From Fidelibacterota bacterium (GTDB lineage Bacteria > Fidelibacterota > Fidelibacteria > Fidelibacterales > DSDE01), in the NCBI GenBank assembly GCA_046735395.1, contig JBJKQR010000078.1:19726-83725 (forward strand): a DNA stretch of 64,000 nucleotides, read 5' to 3'. The stretch's first letter is position 1. The number at the start of each line of letters is the position of its first letter. The notes beneath the pieces are model-generated. The model was not told the DNA's origin, did no database searches, and saw nothing but the letters and a program-made list of their open reading frames with translations. Shown in pieces: positions 1 through 9,396 of this stretch. Made by a program: the position numbers and the translations under genes.

Positions 1-522
1 AAATGGATACGCCGCGATGCGGAAACCGGCGGCCTGGTTTTTGACCAGATTGCCTTTGTTATTGATACGCTCAATGAAATTAAAATCAACCCGTCCACAC
101 CCAACCGCCGCCGCATGGTGGTATCGGCATGGCATCCGGGCAATGCGGCGGAGAGCAAACTGCCGCCCTGTCATTATACCTACGCCTTCAATGTAAATGG
201 AAACAAACTGAATTGTCACCTGACTCAGCGAAGCGGTGATATTGCTCTCGGTGTACCCTTCAATCTGGCCTGCTACAGCCTTCTGACCATTCTGCTTGCG
301 AAACAGACCGGCTATGAACCCGGTGAATTTGCCCACACCATCATTGATGCGCATATTTATGAAAATCATATTTCCGGACTGAAGGAGCAGCTGAAACGCG
401 CTCCCATGCCGCTGCCCAGTCTGGAGATTGCGGACCGTCGTCTGGAAGATCTGAAGTTTGAAGATGTGGAATTGAAGGATTATCAGTCCCATCCCGTTCT
501 GAAATTTGATGTGGCGGTCTGA
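1..522 (+). CDS. thyA: Thymidylate synthase (5' truncated by window edge)
   Basis: Frame is open from base 1 (KWIRRD...FDQIAFVID...RRRMVVSAW). Catalytic LPPCH, QRSGD, GVPFN and DAHIY motifs are present, and it ends ...FDVAV. Confidence 0.97.
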   Translation, partial: KWIRRDAETGGLVFDQIAFVIDTLNEIKINPSTPNRRRMVVSAWHPGNAAESKLPPCHYTYAFNVNGNKLNCHLTQRSGDIALGVPFNLACYSLLTILLAKQTGYEPGEFAHTIIDAHIYENHISGLKEQLKRAPMPLPSLEIADRRLEDLKFEDVELKDYQSHPVLKFDVAV

Positions 523-1016
523 TGAATTTCCCTTCCAAAGTCCTGCGGCCTGAATATATCATTATTGCCGGTATCGCGCGTAACGGAGTGATCGGGAAGG
601 GTATGGCCCTGCCTTGGAAGGTTCCCGGGGACATGAAGCTTTTCAGGGAGCTGACGATGGGGCATCCGGTGGTTATGGGCCGGAAAACCTGGGAAAGTAT
701 GGGGCAGATCCCGCTGCCGGGACGTCAGAATATTATCATCAGCCGGTCGCTGCGGGCAACGGAAAACGCGTGGGTACTGCCGGATCTCGGGAAGCTTTCC
801 GAGGTTCTGCCTGCTGATACGGAACGGGTGTTTTTTATCGGTGGCGCTGTTCTCTATGCGGAAGCGCTGAAAATCGTCCATACTCTCTATCTCTCCGAAA
901 TGCACTTCGATGCGGAGGGGGATACCACTTTTCCCGCCTGGGATCGGACGCAATGGCGGCTTGAAGAAAAACGGGCCTATGACCGTTTTGATTTCTGTAT
1001 CTACCGGAGAAAATAA
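522..1016 (+). CDS. folA: Dihydrofolate reductase
   Basis: IG...LPW...D, MGRKTWES, PLPGRQN and FIGG motifs; TGATG overlap with the thyA stop. Confidence 0.95.
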   Translation: MNFPSKVLRPEYIIIAGIARNGVIGKGMALPWKVPGDMKLFRELTMGHPVVMGRKTWESMGQIPLPGRQNIIISRSLRATENAWVLPDLGKLSEVLPADTERVFFIGGAVLYAEALKIVHTLYLSEMHFDAEGDTTFPAWDRTQWRLEEKRAYDRFDFCIYRRK

Positions 1017-1052
1017 ATTATTGGACCGCAAAACCTAAATTTGTGACGGGAA

Positions 1053-1883
1053 ATGAATCAGACTTTTTCAGATAAATACAACGAAATTCTGGACTATATC
1101 AAGGCTCTGGGAACTGTGGCCGTTGCCTATTCAGGCGGAACGGATTCGACACTTCTGGCCAGGGCCGCCGTCGATGCGCTCGGAGAACGGGCTGTCGCCG
1201 TGACGATCAAGTCGCCGTCCCTGCCGGCTTCGGAACTGGCAGAGGCAATCTCCGTAGCTGCCGGCATGGGTATCCGGCATGTAGTGCTGGATGGCAATGA
1301 AATGAGCGATCCGCGTTATGTGGAAAATTCTCCACAGCGCTGCTATTACTGTAAATTTCATAATTTCAGCCAGATCCGGACTTTTGCCGCTGACGGTGGA
1401 TTTGAACGGATTGTGGATGGCCATAATGCGGATGATAGCGGAGATTACCGTCCGGGACATCGGGCCGCTTCCGAACTGGACGTCCTTTCCCCGCTGAAGG
1501 ATCTGAATATCGGGAAATCCCTTGTGCGGCAGCTGGCGCGGGAGCAGGGCCTGGCCAACTGGAATAAAGCCGCGTCCGCCTGTCTCGCATCCCGAATTCC
1601 CTACGGAAGTTCGGTAACGTCTGAAAAACTCCGACAGATTGAAGAGGCCGAGGCCTATCTGAAAAGTCTGGGATTGTCTCCCTGCCGGGTTCGGCACCAC
1701 GGGAATCTGGCCAGGATAGAAATTCAGCCGGAGGATTTTGACGACTGCATGAAGGCCCGGATTGAAGTTGATGAATATTTCAGGAAACTCGGATTTGTAT
1801 ATGTCGCACTGGATCTGGCAGGATTCCGCTCCGGATCCATGAATCTGGTGCTGGAGAAGACGGAGCCGCGGAATGAGAACTGA
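1053..1883 (+). CDS. larE: NPN cofactor sulfur transferase LarE
   Basis: PP-loop AYSGGTDS, RCYYCK, DYRPG, SACLASRIPYG and RVRHHG motifs; adjacent to larB and larC. Confidence 0.93.
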   Translation: MNQTFSDKYNEILDYIKALGTVAVAYSGGTDSTLLARAAVDALGERAVAVTIKSPSLPASELAEAISVAAGMGIRHVVLDGNEMSDPRYVENSPQRCYYCKFHNFSQIRTFAADGGFERIVDGHNADDSGDYRPGHRAASELDVLSPLKDLNIGKSLVRQLAREQGLANWNKAASACLASRIPYGSSVTSEKLRQIEEAEAYLKSLGLSPCRVRHHGNLARIEIQPEDFDDCMKARIEVDEYFRKLGFVYVALDLAGFRSGSMNLVLEKTEPRNEN

Positions 1884-2649
1884 CGGAATTCACGATCTGC
1901 TCCGGGATTTTCGTCAGGGGATGATTGACGAAGACACACTCATCGGAGAACTGAAGAAACAGTCAGTGCTCTCATTGGGACACAGCGTTTTAGATATGGA
2001 CAGGGAAAGCCGGAACGGGTTTGGAGAAGTGATCTTTTGTGAACGGAAAACGCTGTCCCAGCTGCGGGATATTTTCTCTGCCCTGCTGGATAAAGGTCAG
2101 AAGGTGCTGGGTACGCGTGTGGATGCGGAAAAAGGCCGGGCTCTCTGTCAGGACTTCCCGGTTCTGCGCTTCGATGAAACGGCGCGACTGATCCGGACCG
2201 GCGGAAGCGGAGATGCGGAATCGCTCCGTGACAGCGGGGTTCTGATCGTGACCGGAGGAACCTCCGACATGTCCGTGGCGGAAGAAGCGGCTCGGACTCT
2301 GGAATTTTTCGGACAGCGGCCCCGGCGTCTCTATGATGTGGGCGTTGCCGGACTGCACCGGCTTCTCATGCATATGGAGGATCTGCGCAGTGCCTCCGTC
2401 GTCATCGTTATCGCCGGTATGGAAGGTGCGCTGGCCACGGTGGTGGGCGGGCTCGTATCGGTTCCCGTCATTGCCGTTCCCACTTCGGTGGGCTATGGAA
2501 GCCATTTTGAAGGACTTGCATCTCTGCTGGCCATGCTGAACTCCTGTGCTACCGGTGTGACGGTTGTAAATATTGATAATGGGTTTGGTGCTGCGGCTGC
2601 GGCTCTGAAAATGTTGATGATTAATGCGCATGAAAGTGATATGAAATGA
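1873..2649 (+). CDS. larB: NPN cofactor biosynthesis carboxylase/hydrolase LarB
   Basis: GTSD..VAEEA, DVGVAGLHRL, AGMEGAL, VPTSVGYG, MLNSC and NIDNGFGAA signature motifs. Confidence 0.95.
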   Translation: MRTDGIHDLLRDFRQGMIDEDTLIGELKKQSVLSLGHSVLDMDRESRNGFGEVIFCERKTLSQLRDIFSALLDKGQKVLGTRVDAEKGRALCQDFPVLRFDETARLIRTGGSGDAESLRDSGVLIVTGGTSDMSVAEEAARTLEFFGQRPRRLYDVGVAGLHRLLMHMEDLRSASVVIVIAGMEGALATVVGGLVSVPVIAVPTSVGYGSHFEGLASLLAMLNSCATGVTVVNIDNGFGAAAAALKMLMINAHESDMK

Positions 2650-3839
2650 CAACCGAAGGTCTGCTCTACATCGATGCGGTGAATGGCCTGAGCGGAGACA
2701 TGTTTCTGGGCGCCCTGTGTGACCTGGGCTACCCGGTGGAAAAATATGAAGCCTGTATCCGTGATCTAGGGCTGACAGATGTTCAGATAACTCTGCAGAA
2801 GGTGATGAGACAGGCCGTCTCAGCCGGCTATATCCAGGTCCATGACAGACAGGCCGAACGGCAGTTCCGTTCACTGGATCAGATCGAAAAATTAGTCCGG
2901 GCGTCAAAGCTGTCCCCTCAGATTCAGGAACGGGGCCTGAAAATATTTCATCGGATCGCCGAGGCCGAAGCGTCGGTTCACGGGACCGGGATACAGGACG
3001 TACATTTTCATGAGCTCGGCGCTGTCGACACGCTTGTGGATGTATTCTGTACACTGCAGGCACTCCATGATCTGAATATTCATCGTGTCATCTGTTCGCC
3101 GCTTCCGATGGGACGCGGAATGATTCGCAGTGATCACGGGCTCATTCCCCTGCCTGCTCCGGCTACCATCAGTCTGCTGAAGGGGGCAGAGCTTCGTCCT
3201 TCATCGCAGAATGCTGAACTGGTGACGCCGACGGGTGCTGCACTGGCCGCCGGACTGGCCGAAGCCTTCGGAGACATTCCCCGGATGGTGCTGAGAAAAT
3301 CCGGATACGGCGCAGGATCCCGGAATGGAGACATTCCCAATGTCATCCGCCTCCTGCTCGGTGATGCCGTCCGATCTGAGAGCGAATCATCGCTGTGGAT
3401 GATTGAATGCAATATTGATGATATGAACCCGGAATTCTATGACCATATCATGGACCAGCTTTTTACTGCAGGCGCTCTGGATGTCTTCATGGTTCCCATC
3501 CACATGAAGAAGAATCGTCCCGCGGTGCTGCTTTCGGTTCTGAGCCCCCCTGTTCAGAAAAATATGTTAATGGATATCATCCTGAAGGAAACGACAACGG
3601 GCGGACTCCGCTATTATCGCGTGGACCGGCGGATCCTTGACCGCAGCTTTGAAACGGTAAACACGGTATACGGACAGCTTCGCATCAAGATTTTCAGCGA
3701 AGGTGGCCGGGTGCTTCGCCGGGTTCCGGAATATGATGACTGTGCTGCGCTGGCCGCAGAAACGGATGCGGCGATACAGGATGTGTATAATGAGGCGCTC
3801 CGGGCGGCTCAGGAAACGGGGATGAGGCATGATGACTGA
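2646..3839 (+). CDS. larC: NPN cofactor nickel insertase LarC
   Basis: GLSGDMFLGAL, VHFHELGAVD, ELVTPTGA, ECNIDD, MKKNRP, ETTT and PEYDDC motifs; ATGA overlap with larB. Confidence 0.95.
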   Translation: MTTEGLLYIDAVNGLSGDMFLGALCDLGYPVEKYEACIRDLGLTDVQITLQKVMRQAVSAGYIQVHDRQAERQFRSLDQIEKLVRASKLSPQIQERGLKIFHRIAEAEASVHGTGIQDVHFHELGAVDTLVDVFCTLQALHDLNIHRVICSPLPMGRGMIRSDHGLIPLPAPATISLLKGAELRPSSQNAELVTPTGAALAAGLAEAFGDIPRMVLRKSGYGAGSRNGDIPNVIRLLLGDAVRSESESSLWMIECNIDDMNPEFYDHIMDQLFTAGALDVFMVPIHMKKNRPAVLLSVLSPPVQKNMLMDIILKETTTGGLRYYRVDRRILDRSFETVNTVYGQLRIKIFSEGGRVLRRVPEYDDCAALAAETDAAIQDVYNEALRAAQETGMRHDD

Positions 3840-4527
3840 AAAAGGGCTGATTTGTGTAAGCGGCGCGTCCGGCGGAATCGGAGCGGCTGTTGTCCGGAAA
3901 CTCCTGAATTCCGGCCGCAGTGTAGTACAGATTTCCCGACGCCGGGAAGCCATGGAACGCAATATTCCCGGCGCTGATCCCGATCTGATCTATACGGCTG
4001 ACCTGTCAGATCCGCAGCAGGCAGACAGGATATTTTCTGCGATTGCCAGGGACCATCCGGACATCACCGCGTTTGTCCATTGTGCCGGAACCGCTGTGTT
4101 TGACCAGGTGGAACATCTTTCCACCGGGGACTGGACCCGGGTGATGAACGTGAATCTGAACGCGGCCTTTATTGCCGCCAGAACCTTTATTCCTCTATTC
4201 CGTACCATCGGGCAGGGCCATTTTATCTTTGTCAATTCGGTGGCGGCAAGGGATATCTTTCCGCAGGGAGCTGCCTACGGTGTGAGCAAGGCCGCTCTGA
4301 AAAGCTTTGCCGATCACCTGCGGGAGGAATGTCGTCCGGATCGTATTGCCGTGACCTCGCTTTATCCGGGCGCCGTAGATACACCCTGGTGGAACGGATC
4401 GGATTTTGACCGGACATCAATGGTTCCGGCCGACCATGTAGCCGAGACGATATACAGCATTCTGAACATGCCTCCGCAGGCTGTGATTGAAGACCTGACG
4501 CTTCGCCGAATCGAAGGAAATTTCTGA
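3829..4527 (+). CDS. Short-chain dehydrogenase/reductase
   Basis: SGASGGIG Rossmann motif and catalytic YGVSK (YxxxK); overlaps the larC stop. Confidence 0.9.
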   Translation: MMTEKGLICVSGASGGIGAAVVRKLLNSGRSVVQISRRREAMERNIPGADPDLIYTADLSDPQQADRIFSAIARDHPDITAFVHCAGTAVFDQVEHLSTGDWTRVMNVNLNAAFIAARTFIPLFRTIGQGHFIFVNSVAARDIFPQGAAYGVSKAALKSFADHLREECRPDRIAVTSLYPGAVDTPWWNGSDFDRTSMVPADHVAETIYSILNMPPQAVIEDLTLRRIEGNF

Positions 4528-4549
4528 ATATTAGTTAAACACGCAGTGA

Positions 4550-5404
4550 TTACTGTTTATGGGGAGACTGTCGGTATTCCCCCGGCGTCACGCCCTTGAT
4601 CTTTCTGAAAATCCGGTAAAAATACCCCAGCGTATCAAAACCGGCTTCAAAGGCGCATTGCGGTATGGACAGGTCGCCCTGATCAAGCAGCTGAGCGGCA
4701 TAATGGATGCGCAGACGATTCAGCGTCTGGGTCATGGTCTCCCCGCTCTCCCGCCGATAAAATCGGCAGAAGGCTTCGGTAGACATGCTGACCTGCCGGG
4801 CCGCTTCATCCAGAGTGATTTTCCGTGTATAATTATTGAGAAAAAACTGCCGGGCCACTTTCATTTTTGGGCCGCTTCCGCCTGGATCCTCAGGGATCGG
4901 CGTGTCACAGATTCGCTGACTTTCGAGGGAGGCAAGGTATTGAAGGAAATGAAGAAATGCAGTGAAGCGATTCAGGGGAGTCTGATCCTGTAGGGCTTGA
5001 AAGAGTGCGGGAATTTCGGATCCGACGGGAAAATTCAAACCTCTGCCGCTGTTTTTCAGAAGTTCGGCAGCCAGCGTGAATTCGGGGACTCGGCTGAGGA
5101 TACCGGCCAGATCCGGATGAAACTGCAGGACCAGAGCTTCGGTGACCAGCTTCGATTCGGGATTGAAATATTCCCCGTCATTGATCCAGACATGAGGCAG
5201 ATCCGGCCCGATCAGAACAGTATCTCCGGGATGGAAGGGAAGCCGGGTCTCACCGATATGCCGGACACCATGCCCCTGAATAATATGGACAAATTCATAT
5301 TCCTGATGATAATGCCAGGGAATTCGAAAATGCGGGACCGTCACTTTCACGGCCTTGAAACTCTGCTGCCCCGGCAGTCGAAGTGTTTCCTGTATGAGTT
5401 TCAT
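4550..5404 (-). CDS. AraC-family transcriptional regulator with cupin sensor domain
   Basis: N-terminal WHYHQEYE...PHVW cupin and C-terminal double HTH (AFEAGF...YFYRIFRKIKGVTPGEYR). Start moved to ATG 5404, which has an AGGAG RBS. Confidence 0.92.
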   Translation of the reverse strand: MKLIQETLRLPGQQSFKAVKVTVPHFRIPWHYHQEYEFVHIIQGHGVRHIGETRLPFHPGDTVLIGPDLPHVWINDGEYFNPESKLVTEALVLQFHPDLAGILSRVPEFTLAAELLKNSGRGLNFPVGSEIPALFQALQDQTPLNRFTAFLHFLQYLASLESQRICDTPIPEDPGGSGPKMKVARQFFLNNYTRKITLDEAARQVSMSTEAFCRFYRRESGETMTQTLNRLRIHYAAQLLDQGDLSIPQCAFEAGFDTLGYFYRIFRKIKGVTPGEYRQSPHKQ

Positions 5405-5543
5405 CGATCTGAACTCCTGTCTCAATGATTTGCACAATACTATGAAAAAACATGGAATATGTCAATAAAGTAGAAATTATTGTTAAAATTGTGGAGGAAT
5501 CCCAAGTATAGCCGGAGTAATTTTCCACGGGAAAGGGGAAGAT

Positions 5544-6587
5544 ATGCTGGAAAAGAGAAAATATGCAGCGGATTTTTCGGAACTGGCTCAGGTGCTACGG
5601 CATGATAAGCCCAGCCGGCCGGTTCTGTTTGAATTTGCCTGGAATGACCGGATTACAGCCTGGCTGTCCGGAATTCCCAAGCCGGATCCCGATGATCGGA
5701 TTCAGCCTTTTCGCCGGCTGATTCACAGTTTTCACAATGGCGGTTATGACTACGCGACCATTTCGGCATGGCGAACCAATACCTTCTCATTCCCGAAGAA
5801 TATTGATGAAGGGAAGGACAGCCGATCTCTGAACTCCGGATCGCTGATCGTGGACTGGGATAGTTATGAGGCCTATGACTGGCCGAATCCGGAAGTGGGA
5901 GATTATGATATTTATCAGGATCTGAAGGGAGAGCTGCCGGAGGGGATGAAACTGATTGCTTCATCCAATGGCGGCCTTCTGGAAAATGTCATTGATATCT
6001 GCGGTTTTGAAACGCTGTCTCTCATGACTCTGCTGGAGGAAGACATGGCTACGGCCATCTTTGATGCCGTGGGCAGCCGGCTGGTTAAATTTTATGAAAT
6101 CGTATCCTCGGCGGACACCATCGGAGCCCTGATCATGAATGATGACTGGGGTTTCAAGAACCAGACAATGTTTGCGCCGGAGGTTCTGCGAAAATTTGTA
6201 TTCCCCTGGCATAAGAAAATGGTGGAGGCGGTACACCGGAACGGGAAGTACGCCATCCTGCACAGCTGCGGGAATGTACGGCCTGTGATGGATGATATTA
6301 TCGATGATATGGGTTATGATGCGAAGCATTCCTTTGAGGATCAGATCTTCACGGTGGAGGAAGCCTGGGAGACCTGGGGCCGGCGTATCGGGATCGTCGG
6401 CGGCGTGGATATGGATTTTCTGGCGCGGAAGTCGCCGGAGGAAATCGAGAAGCGCTGTCATCACCTCCTGGACATGACCCGGGAAACGGGAAGCTACGGC
6501 CTCGGATCCGGAAACAGTATTCCGGAATATATACCCGATGAACATTTTCTCACTCTGGTCAATTCCGTAAATACCTGGAAGGGATAA
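5544..6587 (+). CDS. Uroporphyrinogen decarboxylase-like / MT2-family (MtaA-like) protein
   Basis: NDDWGFK, ILHSCG, GGVDMD and GSGNSIP motifs of the URO-D-like barrel; sits directly upstream of the corrinoid protein gene. Confidence 0.85.
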   Translation: MLEKRKYAADFSELAQVLRHDKPSRPVLFEFAWNDRITAWLSGIPKPDPDDRIQPFRRLIHSFHNGGYDYATISAWRTNTFSFPKNIDEGKDSRSLNSGSLIVDWDSYEAYDWPNPEVGDYDIYQDLKGELPEGMKLIASSNGGLLENVIDICGFETLSLMTLLEEDMATAIFDAVGSRLVKFYEIVSSADTIGALIMNDDWGFKNQTMFAPEVLRKFVFPWHKKMVEAVHRNGKYAILHSCGNVRPVMDDIIDDMGYDAKHSFEDQIFTVEEAWETWGRRIGIVGGVDMDFLARKSPEEIEKRCHHLLDMTRETGSYGLGSGNSIPEYIPDEHFLTLVNSVNTWKG

Positions 6588-6592
6588 GAATT

Positions 6593-7252
6593 ATGCAAGA
6601 TATACTGAAGCAGCTGGCTCATATGGTAGAAGTCGGCAAGATCAATGCCGCAACTCCCTACCCGCCCGAACTGAAAGGGCAGGAGGGCGCGGACGAACTG
6701 ACGAGGAAGGCGCTGGATGCGGGAATCGAAGCCGTGACCATTCTTCAGGGTGCTCTTATGCCGGGTATGAATGCCATCGGGGAAAAATTTGCCCGGGGAG
6801 AGGCTTTCATTCCCAATATGCTGATAGCCGCGAAGGCCATGAATGCAGCGATGGTTCACCTCAAACCCTTTTTCGAAGGGGATTCCGCCCAAAATCGCGG
6901 TACGCTGGTTCTCGGGACAGTACAGGGAGATCTGCATGACATCGGCAAGAATCTGGTGCGGATGATCATGAGCGGAGACGGATGGAATGTGATTGATCTG
7001 GGTGTGGATGTAAAGGCCGAATCCTTTCTGCAGACGGTCCGGGAAAATCCCGGCTGCGTGGTGGGCATGAGCGCGCTGCTGACGACCACCATGCTGAACA
7101 TGAAGGACAATATTCAGCTGCTTCGGCAGGAAGATCCGGATCTGAAGATTTTTATCGGCGGCGCGGCGGTGAGCGCGGAATTTGCCGAGAGCATTGAGGC
7201 CACCGGATTTTTCAGAGATCCCCACAGTTTTGCAAAATATTTTCATGACTGA
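6593..7252 (+). CDS. Corrinoid (B12-binding) methyl-carrier protein, MtaC-like
   Basis: Cap domain (GEKF...FIPNML.AA.AM) plus GDLHDIGKNLV (DxHxxG), SALLTTT and IGGA. Confidence 0.95.
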   Translation: MQDILKQLAHMVEVGKINAATPYPPELKGQEGADELTRKALDAGIEAVTILQGALMPGMNAIGEKFARGEAFIPNMLIAAKAMNAAMVHLKPFFEGDSAQNRGTLVLGTVQGDLHDIGKNLVRMIMSGDGWNVIDLGVDVKAESFLQTVRENPGCVVGMSALLTTTMLNMKDNIQLLRQEDPDLKIFIGGAAVSAEFAESIEATGFFRDPHSFAKYFHD

Positions 7253-7288
7253 TCAACCATTCGCTGATGACCGCTCAGGAGAGATAGG

Positions 7289-8659
7289 ATGAAACAGTAT
7301 TCACAGCTCGCGATCAGCAATCCTGACGACCTCCGCTTCGGCTATGCACCCCACCCGGTAAGCTGTCCCCGTGGGCTGCGTATCGGCTCCGGACTCGTTT
7401 ATCCGGAAATCAATTTTACACTTCCGCCCATGAAAATAGAGGAAGGAAGCTGGCCTGCTGTCGAGCGGCATTACAGGGACATGCTGGAATCCATACTTCG
7501 GCGTACCCGGGCTTTGGATATTCCCGGTCTCGTGATGGAGTACGAGTTGCTTCCGCCCATGACAGACCGTCCGCAGTGGGGCGCCGACATCACCGCCCTT
7601 CTCCGGAACGGACTGGATACATTCAGCGAAAGCACGAAAATTCCGACAGCTCTGCGGGTAACCGTCACCGATCTGAGAGACGGGGACAGGCCGCCCTTGC
7701 TTCGCAGCGGCCGCCTGACGGAGAAAATGCTGGAATCCTTTGAAAAAACGGCGGCAGCCGGTGCGGATATCCTGTCCATCGAATCCGTGGGCGGGAAGGA
7801 AGTCCATGATCAGGCTTTGCTTCAGGCGGATATTCCCGGTATCTGTGCTGCACTGGGAATCCTTTCATCCCGGGATATGGAGTGGCTCTGGTCCCGTATT
7901 GTCGATATTTCTGCACGGAATGGAATTATTGCCGGAGGCGATACGGCCTGCGGTTTTGCCAATACTGCCATGCAATTGGCGGGTCAGGGTATGATTCCGT
8001 CTGTGCTGGCCGCACTGGACCGGGTCGCAACGGTGCCGCGCTCGCTGATCGCCTTTGCTGCCGGTGCCCAGGGTCCGTCCAAGGACTGCGCCTACGAGGG
8101 TCCCTTCATGAAGGCCATTGCCGGGGTGCCGGTTTCCATGGAAGGCCGGTCTGCCTGCTGTGCTCATTTTTCACCCATCGGAAATATTTCCGGATATGCT
8201 GCGGACCTGTGGTCCAATGAATCTGTGCAGAATATCCGGCTTCTCAGCGGTTCTGCGCCGGAAGCTTTTACTGAGCTTCTCGGTTATGACTGCCGACTCT
8301 ACAACAGCGCCAGCCCGGAGCAGGCAAAAAATTACCGTGATCTGCTTATCCGCTCTGATGTCTCCCTGTCGCCGGAGGCATTTGTTCTGGCGCCCGAAAA
8401 TGTGATATCTCTTTCCCGGACCGCAATTGAAGCGGGTTCGGATCCCTATGCCCAGACCCGGGCCATCCTCACTGCCGGGTTTGACCTGCTGCAGAAAGGC
8501 GCCGAAGAGGGACAGGTGCGCATCCGGGAACAGGAACTCAGCTGGCTGGGCCAATTCGGTGACGCTCTGTCTCAGATTCCGGAAGACGAATCCTCCGCCC
8601 TGGCATACCTCATTGAAAATTACAGTGCGGAATTCCGGCCTGAAAGTTACGGTCTATGA
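7289..8659 (+). CDS. mtaB: Methanol:corrinoid methyltransferase MtaB family
   Basis: SIESVGGKE, GDTACGFANTAM, GPSKDCAYEG, EGRSACCAHFS and DLWSNESVQN match MtaB Zn-site motifs. Confidence 0.88.
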   Translation: MKQYSQLAISNPDDLRFGYAPHPVSCPRGLRIGSGLVYPEINFTLPPMKIEEGSWPAVERHYRDMLESILRRTRALDIPGLVMEYELLPPMTDRPQWGADITALLRNGLDTFSESTKIPTALRVTVTDLRDGDRPPLLRSGRLTEKMLESFEKTAAAGADILSIESVGGKEVHDQALLQADIPGICAALGILSSRDMEWLWSRIVDISARNGIIAGGDTACGFANTAMQLAGQGMIPSVLAALDRVATVPRSLIAFAAGAQGPSKDCAYEGPFMKAIAGVPVSMEGRSACCAHFSPIGNISGYAADLWSNESVQNIRLLSGSAPEAFTELLGYDCRLYNSASPEQAKNYRDLLIRSDVSLSPEAFVLAPENVISLSRTAIEAGSDPYAQTRAILTAGFDLLQKGAEEGQVRIREQELSWLGQFGDALSQIPEDESSALAYLIENYSAEFRPESYGL

Positions 8660-9348
8660 CCGGTATTTCAGACATCCGTCTCTTCTACCCCGAGGCCGCT
8701 GAACTTCAGCTTGCCCCGGAAAATGTGTATGCAGCTATGGGATACAAGGATGGACAGGCTCCCGGGCAGGTGACCGATCTGACACCCGAACTGATTTCTG
8801 ATGCTGCAAATCATCTGAAACCGGTGGCTGTGTTCAGAATATTTGATAGCTCGGATATTCATATCGAAAAAGGCCGCATTACGGTTCAGGATAAGCCCTT
8901 TGACATTCAGAAAATTATCTGGTCACAGATCCGCCGGAGTGAGTCCTTTGCCTTCTTTATCGTTTCGCTGGGGAAGAGTTTCGATGCCTGGGTTCATAGC
9001 TTTTACCATAATGAGGATGCCTTTTCTGCCTATATCGGTGACACCATCGGCTCCGAATACGCGGAAAAACTGGCGGACTGGCTGCAGGATAAAATTGAGA
9101 CGGAAGCCGGTGAGCAGGGGCTGCATATCACGAACCGGTTTTCCCCGGGCTACTGTGGCTGGTCGGTCCGGGAACAGCATGCGCTGTTTTCCTTTTTTCC
9201 CGATTTCAGCGATGTGACCCTCACGGATTCTGCACTGATGAATCCGGTAAAATCCGTATCCGGCCTGATCGGCATCGGAGCAGACGTTCAGAAACAGGAT
9301 TATTTCTGTAATATCTGTGATGCGAAGGATTGCTACAAACGACGCTGA
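8656..9348 (+). CDS. Stand-alone B12-dependent methionine synthase activation (SAM-binding) domain protein
   Basis: RFSPGYCGW, LTDSALMNPVKSVSGLIG and a C-terminal CNICDAKDC; ATGA overlap with mtaB. Confidence 0.85.
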   Translation: MTGISDIRLFYPEAAELQLAPENVYAAMGYKDGQAPGQVTDLTPELISDAANHLKPVAVFRIFDSSDIHIEKGRITVQDKPFDIQKIIWSQIRRSESFAFFIVSLGKSFDAWVHSFYHNEDAFSAYIGDTIGSEYAEKLADWLQDKIETEAGEQGLHITNRFSPGYCGWSVREQHALFSFFPDFSDVTLTDSALMNPVKSVSGLIGIGADVQKQDYFCNICDAKDCYKRR

Positions 9349-9396
9349 TCCGCGTCTTTTATTCTCATTTACCCGCCATATTTCGTAATTTATCAG

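Noticed and set aside
5544..6587. hemE (true uroporphyrinogen decarboxylase)
   Set aside because: Lacks the N-terminal RQAGR motif, and its context is corrinoid methyl transfer.
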